In this document: one piece after another, positions 1 through 10,786 of the stretch
Numbering within the stretch: position 1 is the first letter of the stretch
Layout of the letters: each line of letters starts with the position of its first letter
From: a virus
Taxonomy: Duplodnaviria; Caudoviricetes
Reading direction: 5' to 3' (one strand)
Length of the DNA: 43,747 nucleotides
Virus record (IMG/VR): IMGVR_UViG_3300032125_000008
Location: 1 to 43,747 of that record
Position numbers and translations under genes: made by a program
Notes under the pieces: generated by a model
What the model was told of the DNA's origin: nothing
The model's database searches: none
Seen by the model: the letters and a program-made list of their open reading frames with translations, nothing else

Positions 1-127
1 GCACTTGTCAGAATTGGAAGATGAAGTAACCACTATGGATTATCGCGACTGCGAGTATCCGTGGAACTATTTAGATTAGATGAGGTGATTTATGGTGTGG
101 GCAGCAACAGCAGTAGCAGGCGCTACT
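1..127. repeat. 127-bp terminal direct repeat identical to 43621..43747 (assembly circularisation overlap; genome about 43,620 bp)
   Basis: Exact match of first and last 127 nt; it cuts through the 43160..43699 ORF and the start of the 92..691 ORF. Confidence 0.95.
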
Positions 128-691
128 TTGGTCAGTGGCTATATGTCTTCAAGATCAGCAGATAAAGCATCTGATCGAGCATCTGAGGCAAGTGACCAAG
201 CATTAGCGCTTGAATACGAAAAGTACGATGAGTGGAACGCAACTTACGGTGATTTGCAAGATAATCTAGTTAGCTACTATGAAAATGTTTCACCTGATTA
301 TTACGCTGCTGTTGGTGTCGAAAAGTTTAATGAAGAATTCCAAACAGGAATGCAGCGCATAAACGAAAACTTTGCTCAACGTGGTATTGATCCAAATTCT
401 GCATTAGCTGCTAGTACAACTGCGCAATCAGAAATAAGTGCAGCAGAGACTAGAGCTGGTATTCGCAGAGATGCTCCAAGACAAGCACGAGAAGATCAAC
501 GATCATTTTTACAAATTGGTCTAGGACAAAACCCAGGTAGTTCTTTGAGTAACGCGTTAGCTAGTGATGCTACTAACAAGGCTAATCAAGCAAATAGTGC
601 TCAAGGCGCTGCAGGTGATGCTTGGGCAGCTGCTATACCAGCAGTAGGTAATGCTATTACTGCTCATAATACACCTGCACCAACGACTTAA
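92..691 (+). CDS. putative internal virion / DNA ejection (pilot-like) protein
   Basis: GAGGTG RBS; hydrophobic Ala/Gly N-terminus, then Ala/Ser/Gln-rich helical sequence; lies in the structural operon after the tail genes. Confidence 0.55.
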   Translation: MVWAATAVAGATLVSGYMSSRSADKASDRASEASDQALALEYEKYDEWNATYGDLQDNLVSYYENVSPDYYAAVGVEKFNEEFQTGMQRINENFAQRGIDPNSALAASTTAQSEISAAETRAGIRRDAPRQAREDQRSFLQIGLGQNPGSSLSNALASDATNKANQANSAQGAAGDAWAAAIPAVGNAITAHNTPAPTT

Positions 692-702
692 GGAGTATTC
701 AA

Positions 703-2397
703 ATGCCTAGTGCACAAATGTGGTCAGGTGTAGCTCGTGGGTTAGGTCAGGTATCTAATGACTTATCTAATAGAGATTTGCGAGCAGCGCAGCTGGCTGA
801 GGCTAAAGCTAAACAACAGAAAGCTCAAGGCGAATTAAAAGAATTTAATGCTAATGCTCCTACGCGTGAGCGTAAAAACGAACTTGACATGCAGCAGCTA
901 GAAGTAGAGACGCGCTCGCTTAATCAGACGTCGTTAAAATCTACTACTATGAGCGCTATGGATCGTTATAACGCAGATGGTAATACCAGACATTTAAATA
1001 CTTGGTTAAAGGACGCTAAGAAAAATCCTGCTGGTGCTAAAATCTATGGTGGAGTAGCCCGCTATGATCCTTTGACGCCTTCTGATAGCAACGATAAACT
1101 ATTGCGTAAAGCTGGTTACAATCCTAAAGATTTTTATGCTGACGAAGAGTCTGCAAGTGATATGATTGTCGTTACCCAAAATAACGGTGATCAAGTACTA
1201 TTGCCTAAAGAAAAGATGTTTGCTGCTACTAAGTATACAGAGTACTTAGATGACAAGCAACTTGCAAAGTTAACTAAGAAAGCACGTATCAGTCAAATGC
1301 TTCGCGCAGGTCAGTCTCGTAAAACTGTAGACATGAAAGAACGAGTAGTACAAGATCTAGTTGACACAGGCAAAGCTAATTCATTAGCTGAAGCTTATCA
1401 AATGTTGTTGGAAATGGAAAGTTCTGGTAATGGTAGAGGTACTCTTAGTTCTACAGAAGAACGAGCTGTATCGCGAATAATGGAAGAAAAGAATGTTGGT
1501 TATGTTGAAGCCTTAGATACTTACTACTCTACTAAGCGTCAAGGCACAGGTAATACTAACGAGTCTCGTTATATTACAGAGTTTATGGATAGTAATCCAG
1601 ATGCTACTTATGAAGAAGCAGCTGCTAGCTACCGTAACATAACAAAAACTTCTACTCAAAAAGAAGTGGGTGATGTTAAAGAACTACGTCAAGGCCTTGA
1701 TGAAATGGGCTGGCTATCAATGAGCCAAAAAGACATGGACCCAGTTCAAAGATCACGCGTGTATCGTGATTATATTAGTCCACTTGAAGACTTGCGTAAT
1801 TTTAAACTCTCAACTGAAGACAAGCGCACAGTTAGACAACTACGTGAATTGACTTCACTAGGTGGTACTGCTGGCACTGAGTTGACACCTGAAGAAACAG
1901 GTTTAGTTGACAGTACTCTTAACACTTTTAAGAAATATATTTTTAATGAAGTTGGTGGCAAAAAAGCTACTTCAGCTTATGAAACTTTCCGTAATCTGTT
2001 TAGGAATTCTTTGTACGGTGCAGCGCTTACTGACAATGAAATTTCAGCGTTTAACAAAGCTGCTGGCACTTTAGGTCAACAGTTCCAGCCTGTCATGGCA
2101 CAACTTAAAGTTCAAATGACCACTATCAAAGATAACTTAGAGTCTATTCGTGATCTAAACGATCCTGACATAGCGCATTATTATACTGGCAAGTCAATTG
2201 AACAGATTGATGACGCAATAATGGCTATAGAAGAGCGTATGAATGATCCAAGATTGCAAGGTATGACTTCAGTAGAAAGTTCTGAAGGTAGTGGTATTAC
2301 TGTTAAGCGAGTACAAGACGAAACTGTACCAAATATAAATGATGAAGTAAACGTTGATTTTGATTTTGATGCAGCTATGGATGGAGCAGGACTATGA
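703..2397 (+). CDS. putative internal virion / ejection protein
   Basis: 564 aa, helical, AAGGAG RBS; N-terminal GVARGLGQ plus Gln/Ala-rich coiled coil typical of podovirus core proteins; position. Confidence 0.5.
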   Translation: MPSAQMWSGVARGLGQVSNDLSNRDLRAAQLAEAKAKQQKAQGELKEFNANAPTRERKNELDMQQLEVETRSLNQTSLKSTTMSAMDRYNADGNTRHLNTWLKDAKKNPAGAKIYGGVARYDPLTPSDSNDKLLRKAGYNPKDFYADEESASDMIVVTQNNGDQVLLPKEKMFAATKYTEYLDDKQLAKLTKKARISQMLRAGQSRKTVDMKERVVQDLVDTGKANSLAEAYQMLLEMESSGNGRGTLSSTEERAVSRIMEEKNVGYVEALDTYYSTKRQGTGNTNESRYITEFMDSNPDATYEEAAASYRNITKTSTQKEVGDVKELRQGLDEMGWLSMSQKDMDPVQRSRVYRDYISPLEDLRNFKLSTEDKRTVRQLRELTSLGGTAGTELTPEETGLVDSTLNTFKKYIFNEVGGKKATSAYETFRNLFRNSLYGAALTDNEISAFNKAAGTLGQQFQPVMAQLKVQMTTIKDNLESIRDLNDPDIAHYYTGKSIEQIDDAIMAIEERMNDPRLQGMTSVESSEGSGITVKRVQDETVPNINDEVNVDFDFDAAMDGAGL

Positions 2398-4226
2398 AAG
2401 CTACAATCAAAGACTGCAGAGATACATTTAAGATAGGCTACGAAGCTTACGAAGATTCTCGTGATGAAGCTAATAATGCTTGGGATATGTACCATAACAG
2501 GCATTATACAACAGAACAATTAGCTGTATTAGCACAGCGTGGACAACCAGCAGAAACATTTAACATTATTAAAATGTTTGCTCGCATGCTTGTAGGTTAT
2601 TACAGTACAGTTGTTAATACTGTTGTTGTTCGTCCTAGAAATCCACGGGACATTACTACTACTACAGTATTAAACGACACAGTTAACTATATACTAGAGC
2701 AAAATCGGTTTGATATCGAAGGCGATCAAATTAAGCTTGGCGGTATGATTTCTGGTATTCTTTGTGCGTATACTGAAGTTCGAGACACTGGTGAACTTGA
2801 CCAGTTTGGCAGAGCAATTAACGAAGTTAAGACAAGCCACGTGCCTGAATACGAAATAGTGCTTGATCCGATGAGCAAGCTAGACGACTATTCAGACGCT
2901 AGCTATCTTCACCGTTTTAAATGGATGACTGAAGATGATGTCAAAAAAGCGTTTGGTGCAGAAACGGTTAAGGGCATGTCGCCGTATCAGAACTTTGTTG
3001 ATGCGAAAGAGGCAGACTTCAACTATACGCAGACTCAAGGTTTCTCCGGCTACTACAGAGTCCATGATAACTACTTAGTTGTACACACTGTGCTGGAGGA
3101 TGACGAAGGTAAACGCTGGTCTATTTATTGGCACAACAATGATATACTACAAAAAGATGAGATCACTTACAAAAAGACTAAGTGGCCTTATCGTGTACAA
3201 AAGCTACACAGCTCTAATAAAACAGAGTACTATGGTGTATTCCGTGAAGTATTAGAATCGCAAAAAGCTATCAACCAGGCACTACTGCAAATTCAGCTAA
3301 TGGCAAATACAACTAAGGTGTTTGTTGAAGAAGGTGCAGTAGATAATCTCGAAGAGTTTAAGACTTTAATAAATAGGGTCAACAGTGTTATACCAGTTAA
3401 TCACTTGCTTGGTGTAAGAGTAGACCAAATGTCTAAGGAAGTACTAGATCAATATACATTGATCGACAAAGCACTCGATAGAGTACAACGTGTGCTTGGT
3501 ATTAATGATAGCTTCCTAGGTATGGCGTATGCTAGTGATTCAGGACGTAAAGTGAAGCTACAGCAGAGCGCAACAATAATGTCTCTGCGTTATTTCACTG
3601 CTCGCATTGAATCTTTCTATCAGTCTCTTGCGTCTGATATTGCTAACTTAGCTAAGCAGTACTATAGAGCTTCACAATTCTTAAGAATTACAGATGAGAT
3701 GACGGGTATTCGTTGGGTAGAAATTAATAAGCCAATGGAGATGTTCTCTGGTAAAAGAGATGACCAAGGTCAACCTATATTTGAGCCTATCTTAATGGAG
3801 GTTATTGATCCAGCTGATGGCGATGTCATGGAAGATGATGAAGGTAATATACTGTTAGCTCCGATAGCTGAAGATGGTACAGACTTTGAGTTCAGCGAAT
3901 TCGACATTAAGATTGAATCGTCTAGCTTTAATGATGAAGATGAAAAAGGGCAGCTTATGCTTGAGTCTGTAATGTCAGGGCAAATTGGAAGCATGCTTGC
4001 TAATGTCAATCCAGCAGGCTTTTTCAAAGTGTCCTCCTTAGCTATGAAAACTATGGGTACAAAATATAGCCCTCAAATTTCAGCAATACTTGAACAGACA
4101 GCTCAGCAGCTAAGTGAGAATCCTGGTGCTGAACAAGAAGCATCAGCTATGGCTCAAGGTCAACAACCATCGCAGCAGCCTAAGAGCCGCAGCATGAAGT
4201 TACCACAGAATACTAACGAGGCATAA
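2394..4226 (+). CDS. portal protein (P22-like)
   Basis: 610 aa; motifs YHNRHY..QL..L..RGQP..TFNII, YYGVFREVLESQKAIN, LGINDSFLG...SG, FDIKIES; Gln-rich C-terminal tail. Confidence 0.85.
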   Translation: MKATIKDCRDTFKIGYEAYEDSRDEANNAWDMYHNRHYTTEQLAVLAQRGQPAETFNIIKMFARMLVGYYSTVVNTVVVRPRNPRDITTTTVLNDTVNYILEQNRFDIEGDQIKLGGMISGILCAYTEVRDTGELDQFGRAINEVKTSHVPEYEIVLDPMSKLDDYSDASYLHRFKWMTEDDVKKAFGAETVKGMSPYQNFVDAKEADFNYTQTQGFSGYYRVHDNYLVVHTVLEDDEGKRWSIYWHNNDILQKDEITYKKTKWPYRVQKLHSSNKTEYYGVFREVLESQKAINQALLQIQLMANTTKVFVEEGAVDNLEEFKTLINRVNSVIPVNHLLGVRVDQMSKEVLDQYTLIDKALDRVQRVLGINDSFLGMAYASDSGRKVKLQQSATIMSLRYFTARIESFYQSLASDIANLAKQYYRASQFLRITDEMTGIRWVEINKPMEMFSGKRDDQGQPIFEPILMEVIDPADGDVMEDDEGNILLAPIAEDGTDFEFSEFDIKIESSSFNDEDEKGQLMLESVMSGQIGSMLANVNPAGFFKVSSLAMKTMGTKYSPQISAILEQTAQQLSENPGAEQEASAMAQGQQPSQQPKSRSMKLPQNTNEA

Positions 4227-4228
4227 CA

Positions 4229-7200
4229 ATGGCTATCGGACCTATAATTAAGTCAGTACTAAAAGAGACTATTAAAGATTTGCCTGAGGATTATGTTCGC
4301 AAGAACTCTGGTACTGCTTCAGCTGAGCTACTAAAAAAGGGCGTCAAGAAAGAAGAGCTTGACATGTCAGGCTTTATGCTACCCGAAGGTAAAGTTACAA
4401 AGCAAGACATGGTTAATGCAGAAGCCAAGCGTAAAGATTCATTCTTTACTACTGAGCCTGCAATTAACTTTAATAGCATAACAGTAGGTGACAATGCAGA
4501 TAATCCTACTTATCGGGAAAAGGTAATAGAATTTAAACGTGCTGGTGATAGTAGTGTACCTGACAAGCCTAGGTCAGAACACTTCACAGAGCAAGAAAAC
4601 TATGTTATGCATACTCGCATTTATGACGAGACCATAGATAATACACCCACTCGTGTGTTGACAGAGATTCAGTCTGATCTACATCAAGCAGGTGAAGGCT
4701 CAGATATGCCATTTGCAAACACTTGGCTACGTAAAGGTATAGAGCGTGAACTAGTTGATGCAACAAATGAAGGTCGTCAGCAACTAGCTATACCAATTTC
4801 TGGTAAGGTTAGCAATTTACACCGATCTCCTGGCGTGCAAAAATGGTATGAAGATTCAGTACTTAGCACGGCTAAAAAAGTTGCTAAAGAAACAAACTCT
4901 GATTTTAAAATTGTAAAAGGTAATAAACCTACGCCTATTAAATTACCATTCACGCAAGAAGAAGTAGAAAGAATTCAAGCTTCTTATAAAGCTAGTCCTG
5001 TTGATCGGTATAGAAGTGAACAAGTGCAGAATTTTGTAGTTACTAAGAGCGCTGAAATTGAAAAGTTAAATCCAGGTGTGGAAGTAGATTTATATGGCGT
5101 TGTTAGTGACATCATACAAGGTAAAAGTGCTAAACAAATATCTGAAAGAACAAGCACAAAACCGTTAAGCGCTATAGCAAATGATCTAGTTAGTGAAAAT
5201 AAGGCAGATGAATTTAATGCGCTTTTAAAAGGCAATAATGTAAACATAACGCTTGATGAGTTTAAAAGCCTTTCTTCTCAGGAGCGGGCTCCTATTATAC
5301 AAAAAATGCGTGGAATACAAGTACCAGTAGATGATTCAGTTAATTATGCTGTTATTGCTCCGCGCTCTAAAAACTTCTCAGCTAATCTATATACGTCACC
5401 TGTTGCTGGTGCATTCGTTGCTTATCAAGCTTATCAAGCAGGAATGTCTGAAGATGCAGTTGAGTCTAAGCTTGCTAAAGATTATGAGTATGATGAAGAA
5501 GACATTGCTGAAATACGGCAACGTGTTAAAGTTATAGCGGATGCTCAAGAAGCAGGTATGAGCATTGAAGACATCAAAGCTAAAATGGAAGGTAGACAGA
5601 CAGTAGCTACCACGAAATCATCGGAACCTAGTAAACCTAAAAAGCAGTCAGGTAGTTTAGAAGACAAAGCTCAAGCTTCTAGGTTTAACGACCTGACAAA
5701 CATCGCTGGTTCTAGGCTTAATGGTAAATCTTCGCCTAAAGCTGAAAACTATAATAAGATTGTAGATGAAACTGTAGAAATGTCAGCAGAAGAACTTGTC
5801 AGTTCTATGAAAGTCATTCATCCGACTATGGTCTCAGATACACTAACTACTATTCCTGCTTTCTTTGGTAATAAAGAAGCTAAGCAGCGCTATGACATAG
5901 CTCGTGAATCTAGTCGTAAGCGTATAGTTGATACTGCAAAAGCTAATTACAATCTTGACTTAGTTTGGGCGCCTGAAGGTGTTGCAAGTGAAGGCTTCTA
6001 CGCTAATACAGAACAAGGTCTTGTAGAAGTTACACCAGGTTTTTGGGAAGACATTAAAAAAGTATCTGGTGAAATAACAGGTGGTATTAGCGGTGCAATT
6101 GCTGGCGCTAAAGTTGGAGCTTCATTAACTCCGCCTATTACTCCTTGGGCTAAAGCTGCTGGTGCTGTTATTGGTGGTGCTGTAGGAGGTATTAGTGGTG
6201 CAGTAGCTGGTTCACAAGCTGATTATCTGTATCAAGCCATTAAGCTGCAAGAAGACATGGAAGCTGAGGCTATGGCTTACAAAGCACTAAGTGCTTTTGA
6301 AGCTGCTGCTATTGGTGAAGTGATTGGTTATCCTCTTGTCAAAGGTTTAGGCACAGGTTGGAACGGTATAGTTAAGGCTAAAAATTATATTCAAACTGGT
6401 GAAATAAGATCAGCGTATAAATCTTTGAAAGATACTACTTTTCTAAATGATGACCAAATTGCTAATATAGTAGCACAGCTAGAGAAGCATGCTACTTTAG
6501 AAGGTAACCAATACGAGAAAGGCATCAAAGCTGTAACATTAACTGAGCCTGGAATGCAAGACTTAGTTAGAGCAGCAGCAGGCACTCATCCAAAGGCAGG
6601 CTCAGCTACTGCTAATATTGTGAATTCTAGAGCTGAAGATGTTCTACTTCAGACTTCTAGACTTACTGATGAACAAGTACCTAGGATGCTAGCTGAAGAC
6701 TTACGCAACTATACAATAGATGTTAAAGATCAATATGCTAAAGTTAAAGCGTTAGCTACTCAGTCTCCTAAAGGCCTTAACTTTCAATGGAATATGGACG
6801 AACTGGCTATTCAACCAGTTATGGATGACTTATATAAAAAGCTAGTTGATCCTGCTACTAAAGAAAAGTTCATGCTGCAAATGCAGCGTGTTAATGGTAT
6901 GTCTGAAACTCATAAGTACGGTGATCTTATAGAGCTTAGGCAAACTGTAAACGATTTTCTTTACAATACAAAAATAGCTAAAGCGGATGATAAAAATTCA
7001 ATTCGTAAAGTAATTAATAATATTGACGCAGCTATTGAGGAAGGCGCTGATAGTGTACTAGAGAATCCTAAGCAATGGCTAAAAGATTGGTCTAAAGCAA
7101 GATCAGACTATAGTCAAATGAAACAAGTAGAACGTACAGCAATGTATCGTTCAATGTATGATGCTAAAGGTAATCTAAGATCAGTGCAACCTGAAACAAT

Positions 7201-8005
7201 TGTTAAATCATTAGGTAAGTATATCACATCTGTTGATGGTTCATTTGAAAGTATAATGTCTAAGCTGCCTATAGAAGGCCGTAAAATGTACGAAGGAGCA
7301 GTTGTTGATGCATTGACTCAACAATTTACTGCTGGTATATCTCAAGGCTCTAAAGCGATTCACTTTCCTATGTTAGCTGATGAGCTAAGAAAAATTAACT
7401 TTACAACTCCAGCTGCTAGAGCAACTAAGAACGCTTTGTTAGAGTTAGGTGAAACGTTTAAAAACGATGTGTACTTAGCTCAAACAGCTGGTAAAATAAC
7501 TATACCAAAGTTTCAAAGCTACTTAACAGTTGATCCAGTTGTACGAGCTAAGTTTGAAGTGGCATCAGGTATATTCAACTACATTAAAAGTAAAGCACCA
7601 GGTGATGCCAACAGACAGTTAGCTCTGGTTCGTGCTACAGCTAAGTTGCTAGAAAAGCCGCTAGATGTTCAGAACTTTAAATTCTTACAAGAGCAAGTGT
7701 TTGATGATTCTAATCTGTCTAAGCAAATTTTAGAATTACAGCAAAGTGCTGCTCGTAATCGTGCAAAAGAAGTTGACGTAGGCACAGCTAGAGTAAAAAT
7801 ATTTGCAGGTGGCAAACTAAAGGGTACAAATCAAGTTGCATCTATACCTCCACATAGAATATTAACGTTGACTCAAGCCAAGGAGATTGCTGAAACAGAA
7901 TCAATCACACTGGATAGTAAATCGTTAGACGCTATACTTATTAAGTACGGTTACAAAGCAATTTTAGAAAGTTCTGATAGAGTTCGTATCCTAGGAGATA
8001 AGTAA
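4229..8005 (+). CDS. large internal virion (ejectosome / polyvalent-like) protein
   Basis: 1258 aa; N-terminal H-x-R...EIQSD-x-HQ motif seen in large injected phage proteins; central Gly/Ala-rich membrane-like stretch GGISGAIAGAKVG...GAVIGGAVGGISGAVAG. Confidence 0.6.
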   Translation: MAIGPIIKSVLKETIKDLPEDYVRKNSGTASAELLKKGVKKEELDMSGFMLPEGKVTKQDMVNAEAKRKDSFFTTEPAINFNSITVGDNADNPTYREKVIEFKRAGDSSVPDKPRSEHFTEQENYVMHTRIYDETIDNTPTRVLTEIQSDLHQAGEGSDMPFANTWLRKGIERELVDATNEGRQQLAIPISGKVSNLHRSPGVQKWYEDSVLSTAKKVAKETNSDFKIVKGNKPTPIKLPFTQEEVERIQASYKASPVDRYRSEQVQNFVVTKSAEIEKLNPGVEVDLYGVVSDIIQGKSAKQISERTSTKPLSAIANDLVSENKADEFNALLKGNNVNITLDEFKSLSSQERAPIIQKMRGIQVPVDDSVNYAVIAPRSKNFSANLYTSPVAGAFVAYQAYQAGMSEDAVESKLAKDYEYDEEDIAEIRQRVKVIADAQEAGMSIEDIKAKMEGRQTVATTKSSEPSKPKKQSGSLEDKAQASRFNDLTNIAGSRLNGKSSPKAENYNKIVDETVEMSAEELVSSMKVIHPTMVSDTLTTIPAFFGNKEAKQRYDIARESSRKRIVDTAKANYNLDLVWAPEGVASEGFYANTEQGLVEVTPGFWEDIKKVSGEITGGISGAIAGAKVGASLTPPITPWAKAAGAVIGGAVGGISGAVAGSQADYLYQAIKLQEDMEAEAMAYKALSAFEAAAIGEVIGYPLVKGLGTGWNGIVKAKNYIQTGEIRSAYKSLKDTTFLNDDQIANIVAQLEKHATLEGNQYEKGIKAVTLTEPGMQDLVRAAAGTHPKAGSATANIVNSRAEDVLLQTSRLTDEQVPRMLAEDLRNYTIDVKDQYAKVKALATQSPKGLNFQWNMDELAIQPVMDDLYKKLVDPATKEKFMLQMQRVNGMSETHKYGDLIELRQTVNDFLYNTKIAKADDKNSIRKVINNIDAAIEEGADSVLENPKQWLKDWSKARSDYSQMKQVERTAMYRSMYDAKGNLRSVQPETIVKSLGKYITSVDGSFESIMSKLPIEGRKMYEGAVVDALTQQFTAGISQGSKAIHFPMLADELRKINFTTPAARATKNALLELGETFKNDVYLAQTAGKITIPKFQSYLTVDPVVRAKFEVASGIFNYIKSKAPGDANRQLALVRATAKLLEKPLDVQNFKFLQEQVFDDSNLSKQILELQQSAARNRAKEVDVGTARVKIFAGGKLKGTNQVASIPPHRILTLTQAKEIAETESITLDSKSLDAILIKYGYKAILESSDRVRILGDK

Positions 8006-9846
8006 TGACTATTAAAATTACAAAGCAATTAGCAACAATGGAAGATTTGGCAATTGGTACTGGTACAGTGTCGCAAACACGTAATGGTGTGCCAATGACA
8101 TTAACTAAGATTGACATGGCCACTAAAGCGGAGCTTGCTTCACAGGCAGCAGACGAGGGCGCATCACTAGTCTCAATGGAAGGCGGGCCAACGGTTGAGG
8201 TTGCGGTAACCAATGCTGAGGCTGATATTCTTGATCGCGTTATCCGAGTCTCAAGCCGCGCAGAAATGCAAGCGTATGATGTTGGCGCCGGGTACCAGTT
8301 TAGTCTTGAGGAAGGCTGGCGCTCAGGGATGTTTGTGATTAAATCTGGAACATCACCCTCTGACCCGCAGGAGGGGGTCTATGTTGTGCTTGATAATGGA
8401 AATTATGCTATGCGTCGGTATGATGGGATAACTGGAAATGGCGGTATTAACATGGCTTGGTTTGGGGTAGAGCCTGATGGTTCTACAGACAACACAGCTA
8501 CGGGTCAGGCCGCTATTGATTTTATTTCTTCTGGCAAAGTGTTTCTTCCGGCGGGATCAATTCTCACTAATAGATGGTATGTAAACAAAAGTGGATTGCA
8601 TTTTGAGGGTGCTGGCGAGAATTCTACGATAATCACTCATACAGCAACTACAGGCGATGCAATTACAGTTTCTGACACTAGTAGTCTAGAGAATGTAACT
8701 TTTAGAAATATTAGTTTTAATACCTCTGTCACAAAAACCTACGGGTATTATATATCTCTCGACGACACATATTATGCCGGCATCTATAACTGCACTTTTA
8801 ATGGTGGTTACAGCGGTATCTTAATTACTGGCAAACCTTCTTGGTTCACACGAATAGCTGATGTTAGAATAGCTGGTGTTTCTGAGAATGGAATTGTTAT
8901 TAATGCAAACACCGGAGGGCAAGGGTGTGTTGATGTTGTGCTTGATAATATTTTTGTTACCGGCCAGTCTAGTTCGGTTGAAACCAAAAATGGTATTCTA
9001 ATAGAGGCTGCTGGCGATTTGACAATAAAACACTTCCAAAATTTTTATTGTACTACTGGCATGAGAGTAACGCCAGATAGTGCAGTTGATTCTCAGCGAG
9101 TTCAGGCTTTGTTTGTTTCCGATTCATTTTTTGACGCAGGAACTGGGTCAGGCATTATTATAGACCCAAGAAACTCTGCAGAAGTTCAGCTATTTAAGCT
9201 GTACGACACTTGGTGTGCCAGCTCAGGCAGTGACGGCATTATTTTAGGCTTGGGAACTGGGTCAATTAAACAGACGGATATAACAAACATTATCTGCTCT
9301 GCTCATGCTGGCAAAGGCTTGCTTTTAAATCCAGTAGCGTCAAGAACGCGGATTACCAATAGCTCTTTTTCTGCTAATACCGATTCTGGGATATCAGTTG
9401 CAGCTGATGTTTCAGACTTTGAAATAATAAACTGCACTTGCGGGCCATCTGGTCAGTTTGGAGGAAACGCTGGCAGAGGAATTTTAATAAACACTGGAAC
9501 ATCTAACAATTTTGTAATAGCAAATACTAATGTTACTGGGAATACACTTGCTGGGCTTAACAATTTTGCCTTTGGCGTAAACCAAAAGATACATGACAAC
9601 ATCGGGTATGACACATTCAACAGAGGATCCGCTACTATGGCGGCGGGCAATACTTCTGTGTCTGTTAGTCACGGACTTGAATCGCAACCTGCAAAAGAAG
9701 ACATACAAGTGACGCTAGCTAGTAACCCACAAGGCGCATTGTATTGGGTGTCTGCTGTGTCATCAACTACATTTGATATTAGCATTGATGCTGCCGTTGC
9801 AGGTGCTATATATTTCGGTTGGGCAGTAGGCATAGAAGGCAATTAA
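8005..9846 (+). CDS. tailspike with pectate-lyase-like beta-helix (putative polysaccharide depolymerase)
   Basis: N-terminal virion anchor, then WFGV.PDG.TDNT...QAAID and F.PAG start of beta-helix; repeated GI.I / N-ladder strands; C-terminal HGL...P domain. Confidence 0.85.
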   Translation: MTIKITKQLATMEDLAIGTGTVSQTRNGVPMTLTKIDMATKAELASQAADEGASLVSMEGGPTVEVAVTNAEADILDRVIRVSSRAEMQAYDVGAGYQFSLEEGWRSGMFVIKSGTSPSDPQEGVYVVLDNGNYAMRRYDGITGNGGINMAWFGVEPDGSTDNTATGQAAIDFISSGKVFLPAGSILTNRWYVNKSGLHFEGAGENSTIITHTATTGDAITVSDTSSLENVTFRNISFNTSVTKTYGYYISLDDTYYAGIYNCTFNGGYSGILITGKPSWFTRIADVRIAGVSENGIVINANTGGQGCVDVVLDNIFVTGQSSSVETKNGILIEAAGDLTIKHFQNFYCTTGMRVTPDSAVDSQRVQALFVSDSFFDAGTGSGIIIDPRNSAEVQLFKLYDTWCASSGSDGIILGLGTGSIKQTDITNIICSAHAGKGLLLNPVASRTRITNSSFSANTDSGISVAADVSDFEIINCTCGPSGQFGGNAGRGILINTGTSNNFVIANTNVTGNTLAGLNNFAFGVNQKIHDNIGYDTFNRGSATMAAGNTSVSVSHGLESQPAKEDIQVTLASNPQGALYWVSAVSSTTFDISIDAAVAGAIYFGWAVGIEGN

Positions 9847-9889
9847 TAACTATGGAAAAACCTAACACTTAGATAAACAGGAGGTAATA

Positions 9890-10375
9890 ATGCGCACTGA
9901 AAACTTTAACGCAGAAGAGTTCAGAGACTGGGCCGATGAAATGTCGCCCAGGCTTCTGACTATGTTTGACGTGCTTCGGTATCAGCTTGGCCGGCGCGTC
10001 ATTATCAGCCCACATCCTTACAGCCTTGGGCGGAACCTTGGGCGCGACGACATGTCCGCTCATAATATCGACCACTGGGGCGAGGTATTGGCGGGGGATT
10101 TCTTTGTCGATGGTGTCACACATAGAGAAGCAGTGGAGGACGTTGCACGTAAGATGAAGTTGATAGGCTTTACCGGCATTGGCGTGTATTCTGATACTCA
10201 TTACATTGACGGACTGCATCCAATGTTTCATGGTGATGTGAGGCCAAACGAGAAAATGGGTGATCCTGCAACTTGGGGGCGCGTTTTCGATGGCGGAACA
10301 GACATCAACGGAAATCCAACAAGTGAGTACACAAGCCTGATGGCTGCTATTCAATCTGTTACAACTGGAGTTTAA
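9890..10375 (+). CDS. endolysin, peptidase M15 family
   Basis: Zn-ligand pattern SAH...GDF...GIGVY...FHGDVR; first gene of the lysis cassette; AGGAGG RBS. Confidence 0.8.
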   Translation: MRTENFNAEEFRDWADEMSPRLLTMFDVLRYQLGRRVIISPHPYSLGRNLGRDDMSAHNIDHWGEVLAGDFFVDGVTHREAVEDVARKMKLIGFTGIGVYSDTHYIDGLHPMFHGDVRPNEKMGDPATWGRVFDGGTDINGNPTSEYTSLMAAIQSVTTGV

Positions 10376-10376
10376 A

Positions 10377-10574
10377 ATGAAACCTAATAAAGCATGGTAC
10401 AAATCAAAGACAATCTGGGGCGCAATCGTTGCGATTCTGGCACTCGTGGCCGGGGCATTCGGCTATAGTGTTGGGCAAGAAGCGCAAAGCGAGGTCGTGG
10501 CCGCGATCATTGGCGTTGTAGGTGGGCTGTTTGCTATCTACGGACGGATCAAAGCCGTGGATAAAGTTCAGTGA
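10377..10574 (+). CDS. holin
   Basis: 65 aa, two TM helices, K.WYKSKTIW N-terminus and basic C-terminus; follows the endolysin. Confidence 0.75.
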   Translation: MKPNKAWYKSKTIWGAIVAILALVAGAFGYSVGQEAQSEVVAAIIGVVGGLFAIYGRIKAVDKVQ

Positions 10575-10786
10575 TCAGCCAAATACTCTACCTGCTGGCG
10601 GTGCTAACAAAGGCCGTCAAGCGGGTATTTCGTAAGAAAGAACAACGCGAGGCCCAGGATGAGCGCGACAAGATTGACTCTGACTCTGCTCAGTACGCTG
10701 CTGATAAGTTTGGCGATTGCAGGGTGCAGCAGCTCAATGCCGACAAAACCGACGACCCCGAGCGGACTGACGGTGATGGCCGGTGA
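10571..10786 (+). CDS. putative i-spanin (Rz-like)
   Basis: Short hydrophobic N-terminus, then charged helical region; overlaps a lipoprotein ORF in another frame. Confidence 0.55.
   Translation: MISQILYLLAVLTKAVKRVFRKKEQREAQDERDKIDSDSAQYAADKFGDCRVQQLNADKTDDPERTDGDGR

Noticed and set aside
1-127. 127-bp terminal repeat as a biological direct terminal repeat
   Set aside because: The length equals a common assembler k-mer and it falls inside coding sequence; it indicates circular assembly only
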